Assembly (NCBI GenBank): GCA_044376115.1
Contig: JBILLK010000027.1
Location: forward strand, 77,566 to 141,565
From: Polyangiaceae bacterium
Lineage (GTDB): Bacteria > Myxococcota_A > Polyangia > Polyangiales > Polyangiaceae
Reading direction: 5' to 3'
DNA: 64,000 bases
Position numbers and translations under genes: made by a program. The notes beneath the pieces were generated by a model that saw nothing but the letters and a program-made list of their open reading frames with translations, was not told the origin of the DNA and ran no database searches. Shown here piece after piece: positions 14,092 to 24,275 of the stretch (position 1 is the first letter of the stretch; each line of letters opens with the position of its first letter).

Positions 14092-14526
14092 TCAACCGGC
14101 GTGTTTCTCGAGCAGGCCAGCGAGGCGCGGCACCGCTTCTTCCACGTGCTTCTTGGCGGAGCCACGCAGCATTTTGTAGGTGCTCTTGACCATACCGCTC
14201 TTCGATCGCTCGACCTTGGCGTCGGAAACGGAGAGCAGCGCGTCGGCGACGATGCCGCGGTTCTTCTCGAAGTGGTTGCGCGGGTTGCCTGCCTTGACGC
14301 CGTCTTCCCAGACCGGCTCGAGCTTCTTCGCCATGTCCGGCAGCAGGTGACCAACGGCCTCTTTGATGAAGCCCGGCTTGATGCTCTTGACGGCGTTGTA
14401 GCCGTTTTTTACCGCGAAGCCGGAGATGCCACTTTTCGAGGCGACCTCGTCGTCTACGAGTTTCACTGCTTCGTCGATGATGGCGGATTTCTTGGCTTCG
14501 TCGGAGAGAGCGTCGGACAGTCCCAT
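14092..14526 (-). CDS. conserved helical hypothetical protein (DUF6918-like)
   Basis: DEVASKSGISG...VKSIKPG...ADALLSVSD...KKHVEEAVP pattern; codon usage like neighbours. Confidence 0.7.
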   Translation of the reverse strand: MGLSDALSDEAKKSAIIDEAVKLVDDEVASKSGISGFAVKNGYNAVKSIKPGFIKEAVGHLLPDMAKKLEPVWEDGVKAGNPRNHFEKNRGIVADALLSVSDAKVERSKSGMVKSTYKMLRGSAKKHVEEAVPRLAGLLEKHAG

Positions 14527-14675
14527 AAGGGGCTCGTAGCACAGTTCAAGCGTCGTTTGCTGCTGTGAAAACGACGCAAAGGCAGCCGCCGAAGGGCTAC
14601 CGCTGCGGTTTTGCGAGCGAGGCCATCCGTGCTAGGGGAGATCCGCTACTCAGTCCAGCCGGAGGCATTCCCTGT

Positions 14676-15206
14676 ATGAAAACCGCTTCGATCGCGTCTT
14701 CAGCCGTTCTTCTTTTCACGCTCGCAGCGTGCGGAGATGAACCCAAGCCGCAAACAGCGGATGACGTTACGTCGTCGACGCCTGCCAGCTCCGTAAAGAA
14801 GACGGATGGCGCGGCGTCCAGCCCCGACACCCAGAGCGGCGTGAAAATCGACGACAAGATCACCAAGGCCTGCGGCGACCTGCCGACGGCGCGCTTCGCC
14901 TTCGATTCGGCGGAGGTCTCTCCCGAGGCCACCAACGTGCTCGACGCTTTGGCTCGTTGCTTCATCTCCGGGCCCTTGAAGGGCAAGGGGATTCGTCTTG
15001 TTGGCCACGCCGATCCGAACGGCCCTGCGGAATACAACATCGGGCTCGGCCAACGCCGCGCCGGTTCGATCGGTAACTTCCTTGCGAAGAAGGGCCTCGA
15101 GGAGAAGCGCATCACTGCCACCTCGCTCGGCGAGCTCGAGGCAACCGGCACCGACGAGACGGGCTGGGCGGCTGACCGCAAGGTCGAGATTTTGCTGGCC
15201 GAGTGA
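14676..15206 (+). CDS. pal: OmpA-family peptidoglycan-associated lipoprotein (Pal-like)
   Basis: Lipobox LAAC; FAFDS, GHADPNG, YNIGLGQRRA, SLGE, DRKV; GGAGG RBS; heads the tol cluster. Confidence 0.8.
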   Translation: MKTASIASSAVLLFTLAACGDEPKPQTADDVTSSTPASSVKKTDGAASSPDTQSGVKIDDKITKACGDLPTARFAFDSAEVSPEATNVLDALARCFISGPLKGKGIRLVGHADPNGPAEYNIGLGQRRAGSIGNFLAKKGLEEKRITATSLGELEATGTDETGWAADRKVEILLAE

Positions 15207-15955
15207 TTGTGAAGAACCTCTTGCAAGGCTGGTTGCTCGCGCGCGCTCCGGAGCCTGAGGTCAAATCGCTGAACGCGATCGACTCGATGCTCCACGCCTC
15301 CGGCGTCGAGTTCGCGCTGTTTTGGGTCTTGGTGCTGATGGCGGTGGCCGCCTGGGCCATCGCCATCCTGAAGGTCCTGCAGATCGGCCGCATGCGCGGT
15401 GCGCTGCATGCCTTCGAGAAGGAGGTCTTCAACTTCGTCGAGGCCAAGGATCTGTTCGTGGTGGCTCAGCGTAACGCTGGGTCGCCGGGAGCGCGCATCG
15501 TGCTCGCGCTCTCACGTCGCGGCGGCAGTGAGAAGATCCTCGAGTCGATCGCCAAGCGCGCGCTGGTGGTCGAGCAGCAGCGTGCCAACCGTTTGATGAC
15601 GGTGCTCGCATCGATCGCGGCCTCGGCGCCGTTCGTCGGTTTGCTCGGCACGGTCTACGGCATCATGGAGGCCTTCCAGCAGATCGGCGTGCAAAAAAGC
15701 GCAAGTCTGCCGGTGGTTGCCCCGGCGATCGGCGCGGCGCTCGTGGCCACCTTGGTGGGTCTGATCGCCGCCATCCCGGCGCTCATCTTCTACAACCTGT
15801 TGAATCGATACGCCGACGACTTCGTCTCCGAGTTGGAGACAGCGAGTGAAGCGTGGGTGACCATCGTTGCGGAGAGCGACCAGCGCTTGAGCGTGCCAGC
15901 CGACCGCACGGTTCGCGGCATGTCTCAACCTCCCATGCCGTACGGCGGGGGCTGA
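15203..15955 (+). CDS. tolQ: MotA/TolQ/ExbB proton channel
   Basis: APFVGLLGTVYGIM, VAPAIGAALVAT..GL..AIPA motifs. Confidence 0.9.
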   Translation: MIVKNLLQGWLLARAPEPEVKSLNAIDSMLHASGVEFALFWVLVLMAVAAWAIAILKVLQIGRMRGALHAFEKEVFNFVEAKDLFVVAQRNAGSPGARIVLALSRRGGSEKILESIAKRALVVEQQRANRLMTVLASIAASAPFVGLLGTVYGIMEAFQQIGVQKSASLPVVAPAIGAALVATLVGLIAAIPALIFYNLLNRYADDFVSELETASEAWVTIVAESDQRLSVPADRTVRGMSQPPMPYGGG

Positions 15956-15958
15956 CGC

Positions 15959-16456
15959 GTGGGCGCGAGCATCGGCGGGGGCCGCAGGCGAGGGGCAGGC
16001 TTTGCGGACATCAACGTGACGCCGCTCGTCGACGTCATGTTGGTGTTGCTGGTCGTGTTCATGATCACGGCGCCCCTGCTTGCCACGGGCCTGCGAGTAG
16101 AGCTACCGGAGGTGCAAGCCACCGAGTCTCCGCTCAAAGACACCAAGCTCGTAATCACCGTCACCAAAGAGGAGAAAATCCTGTTTGGCGAGCGGGATGT
16201 AACGGCCAATGTGGAAGAAGAGCTGATCCGCAATCCGCGGATCCAGGTCGAGAAGGAACTTTACATTCGCGCGGACAAGAACGCCCGTTACGGCGTCGTG
16301 GCGCGCGTCGTCGCGGCAGCACGGCGCGCAGGCGTAGAGGGCCTCAATCTGCTGGTGCAACCGGAGATCGAGGGGGAAGACAGCCCGGCAGGTACAGGCG
16401 CAGCTCCAGCTACTGCCGCGCCCGTTACTCCTCCGCCCAAAGGGAAAAAGAAGTAA
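15959..16456 (+). CDS. tolR: TolR/ExbD family protein
   Basis: INVTPLVDVMLVLLVVFMITAP; IRADK..YG motif. Confidence 0.9.
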   Translation: MGASIGGGRRRGAGFADINVTPLVDVMLVLLVVFMITAPLLATGLRVELPEVQATESPLKDTKLVITVTKEEKILFGERDVTANVEEELIRNPRIQVEKELYIRADKNARYGVVARVVAAARRAGVEGLNLLVQPEIEGEDSPAGTGAAPATAAPVTPPPKGKKK

Positions 16457-16484
16457 TGGCGCGCTCGGCCTTTGCTGGGGGCGC

Positions 16485-17345
16485 ATGAGCTCGACCTTCA
16501 GCAGCGATTTCGCTCCCTGGGAGTTCGGTGCGGCGGTGATCATCGCCGTGGCCGTTCAGCTCGGGAGTGGCGTTGGGCTTTATCTCGCCCGTGCGCAGCC
16601 GCCGGCTGATCTCAACGAGGTGGATAAGAATCGCGAGCAGCCGGTGCGCGTGATGCCGGTGCTCGATGAAGAGGCGTTCGCTGCGGCCAAGGCCGGCGGC
16701 AAGAAGGCCGTGTTGCCGGACATGTGGCAACGCGCGCCCACCTCGGTAAAAAAGGCCATTCAAGAGAAGCCAGCTCCGCCGCCCGACGTCGCAGCGCCTT
16801 CCCCCAAAGCCGGGCTCGAGGCCTCGGCTGCGCCGGACAAGACGAAGAAGACGGAGACGGTGGAAGACGCCGGTACCGAGACAGACGCCTCGACCGAGGG
16901 CGCGGATGCCGGGCAACCCGATTCGGACGCTGACGCCGGGCCGGCCACGTTGGACTCGGATGGCGGTAAAGCCAACGGCAACGGAGAAGAGGGCTGTCTA
17001 GGCGAGGGCTGCACCAAAGACGGCAAAAACGCGGATATCCAAGCCGCTCAATATCAGGCGCGTTTGATCAGCTTCTTCAAACGCGGCTTCACCGTGAGCG
17101 GTCTCGGCCTACCAGCTGAAGATATCGCGAAGCTTGCGGTCAGCGTGAGCGTTTCCCTGAGTGGAGACGGTGTGGTCCAGAGTTTCACCATGAGTTCGAG
17201 CGGCAACGCCACCTTCGATTCGGCGGCGCGGGCTTCGTTGCAAGGCAAGGTCGGGCAGCAAGTGCCCAACCCGCCCGAAGATCGACCGGAGCTTTCGCGC
17301 ACCAGCCTCGGCTTTTCAATGGTCTGCAGCAAATCGTGCAATTGA
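16485..17345 (+). CDS. tolA: TolA/TonB-like energy transducer
   Basis: N-terminal TM, low-complexity linker, C-terminal SSGNATFDSAA (TonB-C/TolA-III); lies between tolR and tolB. Confidence 0.75.
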   Translation: MSSTFSSDFAPWEFGAAVIIAVAVQLGSGVGLYLARAQPPADLNEVDKNREQPVRVMPVLDEEAFAAAKAGGKKAVLPDMWQRAPTSVKKAIQEKPAPPPDVAAPSPKAGLEASAAPDKTKKTETVEDAGTETDASTEGADAGQPDSDADAGPATLDSDGGKANGNGEEGCLGEGCTKDGKNADIQAAQYQARLISFFKRGFTVSGLGLPAEDIAKLAVSVSVSLSGDGVVQSFTMSSSGNATFDSAARASLQGKVGQQVPNPPEDRPELSRTSLGFSMVCSKSCN

Positions 17346-17352
17346 GGACGGA

Positions 17353-18726
17353 ATGACAATGACTCGTGCCAACGTCAAAGTTCAAAGGGGCCTTGGAACG
17401 CGGTTTTCCAAGGTTTTTGCCGCGTTAGCGTTGGTGGCCGGTGCGCTCGTGCTTCCGAGCAAAGAGCCTCAGGCGCAACCCGCGCCGCCCGCGGCAGAAG
17501 ACCCGATCGGTAATTTCGTCGTGCCGGCCGAGGCCTCCGAGCGTCCGCTGCCCAAGGTTGCCATCGCGCCTTCGCTGGCGCCCGACATGGAGGACGTCAC
17601 GCTGCAAACGGTCGTGCGTCGGGATCTCGAGCTGTCCGGTGAGTTCGAGGTGTTGCCGAGCAGCGCGGCTCCGGAAGGCGCCTACGAGACCGACCGGCCG
17701 ATCGTGCCGAAGGATTGGCAGGCCAAAGGTGCCGAGGTCGTGGTGCGCGTGATCGGTCGCAAGCTCGCCGATTCGAAGGTCGAGCTCGTGGCCAAGGCCT
17801 ACGTGCTCTCGAGCGGCGCAGACCCTGTTTTCGAGAAGCGTCTCGAGGTCCCGCTCGATCGCGTGCGTGCCGAATCGCACTACGTTTCGGACCAAATCAT
17901 CGGCGCTCTGACCGGGACGCAAGGTGGCTTCTTCAGTCACATGGCGTTCGTCTCCGGCACCGGCACCTTGCGTCGGATCTATCGCGTGGACTCCGACGGC
18001 TTTGATGCACGTCCCGTATCGCCGCCCGACCAGGTCGCGCTCGCCCCGGCGTACGGTAAAGACGGAGAGCTGTATTGGGCGGGCAGCGTTCAGAAGAGCG
18101 AGTTCAAGATCTACCGCGCGAGTGAGCCCACCACGCCGATCTCAACGAACATCCGCGGCAGCATCTATGGGCTCGGTTTCTCGCGCGACTATTCGCAGGT
18201 CGCGCTCTCGATTGGAACGTCGGAGACGGTGAAAATTTTCTCCGGCAGCTCCTTCACGGATCTGAAAGAGGCCTCGCCCATCGGGTTGGCGTTCCGGCCT
18301 AGCTTCACCTACGCGGGCAAGCTCGGCTTCGTCGGGGAAGGCAAATTTGGCCAGCGTGTGTATGTGGACGGCAAAGCGATTTCGCCCGATGGTTTGATGG
18401 CTTCGGCGCCGACGTTCTGTCGTCATCCCGACGGCAACCGCGCGGTCTTCGCCGTGGGCGTGGGCAAGGCGACCGATCTCGTGGTCGCGCCGGAGACCGG
18501 CGGCTCCTTGGTTCGAATCACGCAGAACATGGGCTCCAACAGCTCCCCGGCGTGCAGCCCCGACGGTCGCTTGGTGGCGTTCTTTTCGACGCGCACCACC
18601 GGGGAAGGGCCGGGCCTGTACGTGATGCGGCTCGACGGCGGACGGCCGAAGCGCGTCTCAACGCTGACCGGTGACGGCCTGCGATGGGACCGTCTGCCGC
18701 CGACCAAGTCGGTCGAAAAGAAGTAG
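17353..18726 (+). CDS. tolB: Tol-Pal beta-propeller protein TolB
   Basis: Signal peptide, DLELSG.F TolB-N motif, PD40-like repeats (SPACSPDGRLVAF). Confidence 0.85.
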   Translation: MTMTRANVKVQRGLGTRFSKVFAALALVAGALVLPSKEPQAQPAPPAAEDPIGNFVVPAEASERPLPKVAIAPSLAPDMEDVTLQTVVRRDLELSGEFEVLPSSAAPEGAYETDRPIVPKDWQAKGAEVVVRVIGRKLADSKVELVAKAYVLSSGADPVFEKRLEVPLDRVRAESHYVSDQIIGALTGTQGGFFSHMAFVSGTGTLRRIYRVDSDGFDARPVSPPDQVALAPAYGKDGELYWAGSVQKSEFKIYRASEPTTPISTNIRGSIYGLGFSRDYSQVALSIGTSETVKIFSGSSFTDLKEASPIGLAFRPSFTYAGKLGFVGEGKFGQRVYVDGKAISPDGLMASAPTFCRHPDGNRAVFAVGVGKATDLVVAPETGGSLVRITQNMGSNSSPACSPDGRLVAFFSTRTTGEGPGLYVMRLDGGRPKRVSTLTGDGLRWDRLPPTKSVEKK

Positions 18727-18762
18727 CGCGCACGTCGCGCGGCACGTGACAAAGCGAGCCCA

Positions 18763-20022
18763 GTGACTGCGTTGAAGTGGGAGGGGTTACGGCGAGTCCG
18801 GCGCAATCGGCGTTGGCTCGCGCTCGCCGCTGTGCCGTGGCTGCTCGTGCTGTTGCAGTTGCTCACGGCTGCCGCGACGGGAGTCGCCGAGGTGCTCGCG
18901 CCGGCGGGGCACTTCCTTGCGCTCGGTGCCATCGCGGTGATCTACGCGCTGCAACGGAATAAGAACCCGAGCTTCGAATCAGGCGCCTTCCGGCTCGACG
19001 ATGAGGCGCTGTTTTGGAACGACGCGCTGCTCTGTACGCGGCAGGAGCTTCAAGACGCGACGCTGTTCGAGCGCGAGGGGCATTGGTTCGTTCGGCTTAA
19101 ACGCCGCGGTAAGTTGCTCGCTCAGCTGCTCGAGGTACCGAGCGCCGACGAGGGCCAGGCACTGCTCGAGGCGTTGGGGTTTGGCGTAAAGCAGCGTGCT
19201 GCCGAGTTCCGTGGGCGCTCACCCTATTTCGCGCTGCCGGCTTGGCAGCAGGTGCTGCTTCCGCTGCTGCCGATGTTGGGTGGCGGGCTGACTGGAGCGG
19301 CCTTGTTTCCGTTCGCTTCGACTCTCGCGGTCGCGCTCGGTGCGGTCGTGTTGGTGCTCGGGGTGGTCGGCGTGCTCGGCTCGATGCTGGTGCCCAGCAA
19401 GATCCTCGTCGGGGTGGACGGCATCTTCAGCTCGTGGCTCGGACGCCCAGTGAACTTCCCTTTCTCCGAGCTCAAGAACGTCGCTTCGGTGGAGCGCAGC
19501 GTCCTCAACAAGAGCTACTTGGGTTTCGAGCTAACCGACAATCACGGCCGCGTGACCTTCCTACCGATCGGTCAAAAGGGCTGGGCCGAAGAAGAGTTTC
19601 AGGCCGTCGGCGAGCGCGTTCGCGAGGCGCTCGAGGCCTATCGCTCGGGCATCGTCGGGCTCAGCGCAGACGCCTTGGCGCGAGGCAACCGCACCACCGC
19701 CGATTGGTTGGTGTCGCTCAAACGCGTGGGTGCGATGGCCAACGTGGATGCGCGCACTAGCGCCGTTCCCACCGAAGAGCTCACGCGTATCGTCGCCGAT
19801 CCCAGCGCGCGTCCCACTGCGCGCGTCGGCGCGGCCGTGGCGCTCACCGCGCGTGGCCAAGCCGAGGACATCGAGGGCGTGCGCATCGCTGCAGCGGCCA
19901 CCGCCTCGAGCAAGCTGCGTTTTGCTTTGCAAAAGGCCACCGAAGCCGAAGAAGAGGCCGAACTCGCCGAGCTCATGGCCGAGCTCGAACAAGAAGAGCG
20001 CTCCAAAGGCACGGCGGGCTAA
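18763..20022 (+). CDS. hypothetical membrane protein (TM pairs, GVDGI segment, helical C-terminus)
   Basis: 419-aa ORF with four hydrophobic segments; paralog of 1875..3023. Confidence 0.7.
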   Translation: MTALKWEGLRRVRRNRRWLALAAVPWLLVLLQLLTAAATGVAEVLAPAGHFLALGAIAVIYALQRNKNPSFESGAFRLDDEALFWNDALLCTRQELQDATLFEREGHWFVRLKRRGKLLAQLLEVPSADEGQALLEALGFGVKQRAAEFRGRSPYFALPAWQQVLLPLLPMLGGGLTGAALFPFASTLAVALGAVVLVLGVVGVLGSMLVPSKILVGVDGIFSSWLGRPVNFPFSELKNVASVERSVLNKSYLGFELTDNHGRVTFLPIGQKGWAEEEFQAVGERVREALEAYRSGIVGLSADALARGNRTTADWLVSLKRVGAMANVDARTSAVPTEELTRIVADPSARPTARVGAAVALTARGQAEDIEGVRIAAAATASSKLRFALQKATEAEEEAELAELMAELEQEERSKGTAG

Positions 20023-20162
20023 CCCTCGGTCCCCGGCCCGTTTTGACGCTTTGCATCCTCAAAACTTGGCCGCTTCGAACACCGTCTGATAGCGCCCTCA
20101 ATCGCAGCGGAACACACCGAATGGTTCCGGCTCGGGCAGCGTTGTTTGTGAAGGAGAGGCAA

Positions 20163-21179
20163 ATGAGCCAATTGGCAGGGCGTGTTGGAGTGATCATGGG
20201 CGGCTGTTCGGCTGAGCGAGACGTCTCGCTGCGTTCCGGCGAGGCCGTTTTTGCGGCTTTGCGCGCCCGCGGCTACGACGCTGTGCGCGTCGAGCTACCC
20301 GCTGATCCCGAGTTTGCCGCGTCCACCATCTCCGAGGCTCACATCGACGTGGCCTTCCTCGCGCTCCACGGCCGCTTGGGTGAAGACGGCTGCGTGCAGG
20401 GTCTTTGCGAGCTGCTGCGCATCCCGTACACCGGCTCGGGCGTACTCACCAGCGCGCTGGCGATGGACAAGCTCAAGTCGAAGGAGCTGTTCCGCCTGCA
20501 CAACGTGCCTACGCCCCCGTACTACACCGTGACCGCCGACGACGATCTGGCCGACATCGAGACCATGCACGGCTCCTTCGGTTTCCCGGTGATCGTCAAG
20601 CCGCGCGGTGAAGGCTCCAGCATCGGCGTGCGCAAGGTCGACAACATCGTCGAGTTGGTGCGCGCGATCGAGGCAGCGCTCGAACTCGACGAGGTCGCTT
20701 TGGTGGAGCGCTTCGTCGCCGGCATCGAGGTGAACGTCGGCATTTTGGACGGCCGCCCGCTGGGCGCGATCGAGATCGTGCCGAAGGGCGGTCTCTACGA
20801 TTACGCCGCCAAGTACACGCCCGGCATGACCGAGTACTTCATGCCCGCTCGCATCGGTTCAACGCGTTACCGCGGCGTGCTCAACCTCGCCGACCGTGCG
20901 GCGCGCGCGCTCGGTTGCAGCGGCCCCTGCCGCGTGGACCTCTTGGTCACCCACGGGGAGAACGAATACGTGCTCGAGGTCAATACGCTCCCGGGCATGA
21001 CCGAGACCAGCCTGCTGCCCAAGATCGCCGCCTCCGCCGGCTACGATTTTACCTCGCTATGCGAGGCGATCCTCGAGGGCGCACGGCTGCACGCGCCGGT
21101 TCGCCGCGACCCCGCGCGCAAGCGACAGGCTTCCGGGGCTTTCGCTCCGAACGGGTTGCGACTAGCTAAGCTTGCGTGA
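20163..21179 (+). CDS. ddl: D-alanine--D-alanine ligase
   Basis: MGGCSAERDVSLRSG, LHGRLGEDG, MDKLKSK, GSSIGV, YDYAAKY, EVNTLPGMT; AAGGAG RBS. Confidence 0.95.
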   Translation: MSQLAGRVGVIMGGCSAERDVSLRSGEAVFAALRARGYDAVRVELPADPEFAASTISEAHIDVAFLALHGRLGEDGCVQGLCELLRIPYTGSGVLTSALAMDKLKSKELFRLHNVPTPPYYTVTADDDLADIETMHGSFGFPVIVKPRGEGSSIGVRKVDNIVELVRAIEAALELDEVALVERFVAGIEVNVGILDGRPLGAIEIVPKGGLYDYAAKYTPGMTEYFMPARIGSTRYRGVLNLADRAARALGCSGPCRVDLLVTHGENEYVLEVNTLPGMTETSLLPKIAASAGYDFTSLCEAILEGARLHAPVRRDPARKRQASGAFAPNGLRLAKLA

Positions 21180-22528
21180 GCGACCTCCTCGTAAAGCCGG
21201 CATCGAAACCTCTCTCTGGAGTCGTGCCGGTTCCCGGGGATAAGAGCATTACCCACCGTGCGCTGATGCTTGCAGCGCTCGCGGAGGGAAAGAGTGAAGT
21301 GCGCAGCTTCCGAATGGGCGCGGACAACCGATCGACGGCATCGGCGCTCCGCGTGCTCGGCGTTTTTGTCGAGGAGCCGGCCACAGACACGTTGATCGTC
21401 CACGGCGTTGGTCTGCACGGATTATCTGAGCCCAAAACGCCGGTTGACTGCGGTAACTCGGGCACGAGCATGCGTCTTTTCGCAGGGCTGCTCGTCGGGC
21501 AGACCTTCCGCTCGGTGCTGGTAGGCGATGAGTCGCTCTCCGGCCGGCCGATGGCGCGCATCGTCGATCCGTTGCGAGCGCGCGGCGCACGGATTGAAGG
21601 GCGGATCGGTAAGAAGCCGGGGCAGGTGACCGCGCCGCTCGAGATCGGCCCGTTCCCGCCGCCCAACGTGCTCTCGGAGACGTACTTTTCGAGTCCGATC
21701 GCCTCGGCCCAAGTGAAGAGCGCGCTGTTGCTCTCAGGCCTTTATTCGGACGGCAAGACCACCTTCCAAGAGCCGACGATCTCTCGCGATCACACCGAGC
21801 GCATGCTGGATGGCTTGGGCGTGCCGATCCTTCGCAGTGGAACGGTGGTGGTGCTCGATGGGCCGAATTTTTCGGGCAAGCTACCGGCCTTCGAACTCGA
21901 GGTGCCGGGGGATCTCTCGGCGGCGGCCTTCATTCTCGCGGCTGGAATGCTCGTGCCCGATAGCGATGTAGGCGTTCGCCGCGTGGGCCTCAATCCGACG
22001 CGCACCGGCTTTCTCGATATGGCCCGGCTGTTTCAAGCGAGCCTTTTTTCGGCGGCGGAAGGTCTGGTTTTGGGTGAGACCATCGGCGCCGTGCGCGCAA
22101 CCTCCGGCGGCCTGCAAGGAACAACCTTGGCGGGCGAGGTGATCCCGCGCGGCATCGATGAGGTGCCGATCGCGCTGGCGCTAGCGGCGCGTGCACGCGG
22201 CAAGACGGTGGTCGCCGACGCTCAGGAGCTGCGCGTCAAAGAGTCGGACCGGCTTCACGCGATGGCGCTCGTGCTCAACGCCTTCGGTGTTCCCTGCGCC
22301 GAGACCGCCGACGGCTGTGAGGTGGAGGGCGTCACTGATCGCCCGCTACGTGGCTGCGAGGTCGATTCGTTTGGCGATCATCGCATCGCCATGTCGGCAG
22401 CTGTGCTCGCCCTGGTTGCCGACGGTCCGACGCGCATCAAGAACGTCGACAACATCGCCACTAGCTTTCCGCGATTTGCCGGCACCATGCGCGCGCTCGG
22501 GGCGGAGATGAGCGTGGTCGAGAGCTGA
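21176..22528 (+). CDS. aroA: 3-phosphoshikimate 1-carboxyvinyltransferase
   Basis: PGDKSITHR, CGNSGTSMR, SAQVKSA, RDHTERM, ELRVKESDR, DHRIAM. Confidence 0.97.
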   Translation: MSDLLVKPASKPLSGVVPVPGDKSITHRALMLAALAEGKSEVRSFRMGADNRSTASALRVLGVFVEEPATDTLIVHGVGLHGLSEPKTPVDCGNSGTSMRLFAGLLVGQTFRSVLVGDESLSGRPMARIVDPLRARGARIEGRIGKKPGQVTAPLEIGPFPPPNVLSETYFSSPIASAQVKSALLLSGLYSDGKTTFQEPTISRDHTERMLDGLGVPILRSGTVVVLDGPNFSGKLPAFELEVPGDLSAAAFILAAGMLVPDSDVGVRRVGLNPTRTGFLDMARLFQASLFSAAEGLVLGETIGAVRATSGGLQGTTLAGEVIPRGIDEVPIALALAARARGKTVVADAQELRVKESDRLHAMALVLNAFGVPCAETADGCEVEGVTDRPLRGCEVDSFGDHRIAMSAAVLALVADGPTRIKNVDNIATSFPRFAGTMRALGAEMSVVES

Positions 22529-22593
22529 GCTTCGCGCTGTGAGCGGCGTGGGACGGCGTAGAAGAGCCGTCTCCTTCGTGCTAAGGCGTTCGC

Positions 22594-23316
22594 ATGCGTG
22601 CGCGAGTGCTCGTTGCGATTGATGGGCCTGCTGGAGCTGGGAAAAGCACTGTCGCCAAGCTGCTTGCTTCACGGCTGGACTTCCTGCTGGTGGACACCGG
22701 CGCACTGTATCGAACGGTGGCGCTCGCTGCGCAACGCGCAGGCCTCTCCTTCGCTGATGATGACGCCGTCGGCGAGCTCGCCGAGAGTCTCGCGGCCGAC
22801 CGGCGCATTCGTATGGAGGCCGAGAGCCAGGGGGATTCTCGCGGCGTGCGCGTGCTGATCGACGCCGAGGACGTGTCGAGCTTCATTCGCACCCCGGAGA
22901 TGAGCTTGGGCGCGAGTCGCGTTTCGGCCAACCCGCGCGTGCGCGATGCGCTCTTGGCGATGCAGCGTCAGGCCGGAGAGAACGGCGGCGTAGTGCTGGA
23001 AGGGCGGGATATCGGCACGGTGGTCTTCCCCGATGCCGAGGTGAAGTTCTACCTCACAGCAGCTAGTACCGAGCGCGCACAACGTCGTATGGATGAGCTC
23101 TTGGCGAAGGGCTCCGCCGTCTCGCTCGAGGAGACGCTAGCCGACGTGAACAAGCGTGACCGCGCGGACACTGAGCGGCCGATCGCGCCGCTGCGACAAG
23201 CGGAAGACGCGCATCTGGTGGACTCGACGGGCATGCCGATCGAGCAGGTCGTGGACGGCATGGTGCGCATCGTGTTGGCGAAGAATGAGGAGCTGCGACG
23301 CGGTCGCAACGTATGA
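22594..23316 (+). CDS. cmk: cytidylate kinase
   Basis: AIDGPAGAGKST, DTGALYR, LEGRDIGTVVFPDA. Confidence 0.97.
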   Translation: MRARVLVAIDGPAGAGKSTVAKLLASRLDFLLVDTGALYRTVALAAQRAGLSFADDDAVGELAESLAADRRIRMEAESQGDSRGVRVLIDAEDVSSFIRTPEMSLGASRVSANPRVRDALLAMQRQAGENGGVVLEGRDIGTVVFPDAEVKFYLTAASTERAQRRMDELLAKGSAVSLEETLADVNKRDRADTERPIAPLRQAEDAHLVDSTGMPIEQVVDGMVRIVLAKNEELRRGRNV

Positions 23317-24248
23317 CCCACGCCTTGGGGCGACGTGAGCTGTTGTTCTCGGCTGTTCCGCTCGCGTTGCTCGCTTGCGAGGGCGCAACGCCCCAGCCGC
23401 TATCGCCCGAATCGCCGACGGCGATGCGCCCTTTCTACGCCGATGAGGTGATCCCAGCGGACCTCGATTGTGTGTTTCGCGTGGACGTCGGGCAGGCGCG
23501 CAAAGCCTTGGCCGAGCGCGCCACCGAGGCGCGCGAGACGTTGTCGCAGGAGCCGTTGATCGCCGCAGCGCTGGAGCAGGCCGAGGTGCTTACGGTCGGT
23601 TTGCGCTTCCGGCACCTGGCCGAAGGAGACCGCGTGCTGGTGGTGGAGAGTCGGGAAAACCCGCCTCCCCCCGAAGGGTCGGGCTTCGCCGAAGGGCCCT
23701 CGCAGAACCCGCACGTACGCATCTTCCATCGCCAAGGCGATGCTCCGCGTGATGGCACGCAGATGATCGTGCTCTTGAGTGACCGTGCGACTGTATTCGT
23801 CAGTCCGAGCGAGGTGGACGCCGTGTTGCGCGTGCTGAGCACCGCCCCCGATGAATGGCGAGGGCGGCCTGCTGCCGAGGGGCTCGTGAGCGCCGATGTA
23901 CGGCCAGGACGCATGCCGCCGCTGTACGAGAAGCGCTACAAGAGCTTTGCGAAGCTGCTCGGCAGTGTGCAGCGCTTGAAGGCCAAGCTCGCCGTCTCCG
24001 AGGAGGCGCTCGAGCTCGACTGCAACTTCTTCGCCGAGAACGACGTGGCGGCTGGAAACCTTGCGCAGTTCTTCGACGCCATCGCCGAGAACGCTCCGAA
24101 CACCCCACTCGGGCGCATGCTGGGCTCAATCCAGCGCAACAAGGTGGGCACCGTGCTGCACCTGCGCGTGCGCCTTCCGCCGGAGCTACTGGTAGCGCTC
24201 TGGACGGCTCGCAAGACCATCGATCCGGTGGCTCCGCTGCGCGAGTGA
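23313..24248 (+). CDS. hypothetical lipoprotein, possible Tat signal
   Basis: GRRELL twin-Arg plus LLAC lipobox; overlaps the cmk stop. Confidence 0.65.
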   Translation: MTHALGRRELLFSAVPLALLACEGATPQPLSPESPTAMRPFYADEVIPADLDCVFRVDVGQARKALAERATEARETLSQEPLIAAALEQAEVLTVGLRFRHLAEGDRVLVVESRENPPPPEGSGFAEGPSQNPHVRIFHRQGDAPRDGTQMIVLLSDRATVFVSPSEVDAVLRVLSTAPDEWRGRPAAEGLVSADVRPGRMPPLYEKRYKSFAKLLGSVQRLKAKLAVSEEALELDCNFFAENDVAAGNLAQFFDAIAENAPNTPLGRMLGSIQRNKVGTVLHLRVRLPPELLVALWTARKTIDPVAPLRE

Positions 24249-24275
24249 GGACGGCTGTGCTACATCGAAGCGGCG

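Noticed and set aside
15203..16456. AglR/AglQ/AglS gliding motor
   Set aside because: There is a single TolR-like gene, and adjacent tolA, tolB and pal favour Tol-Pal.
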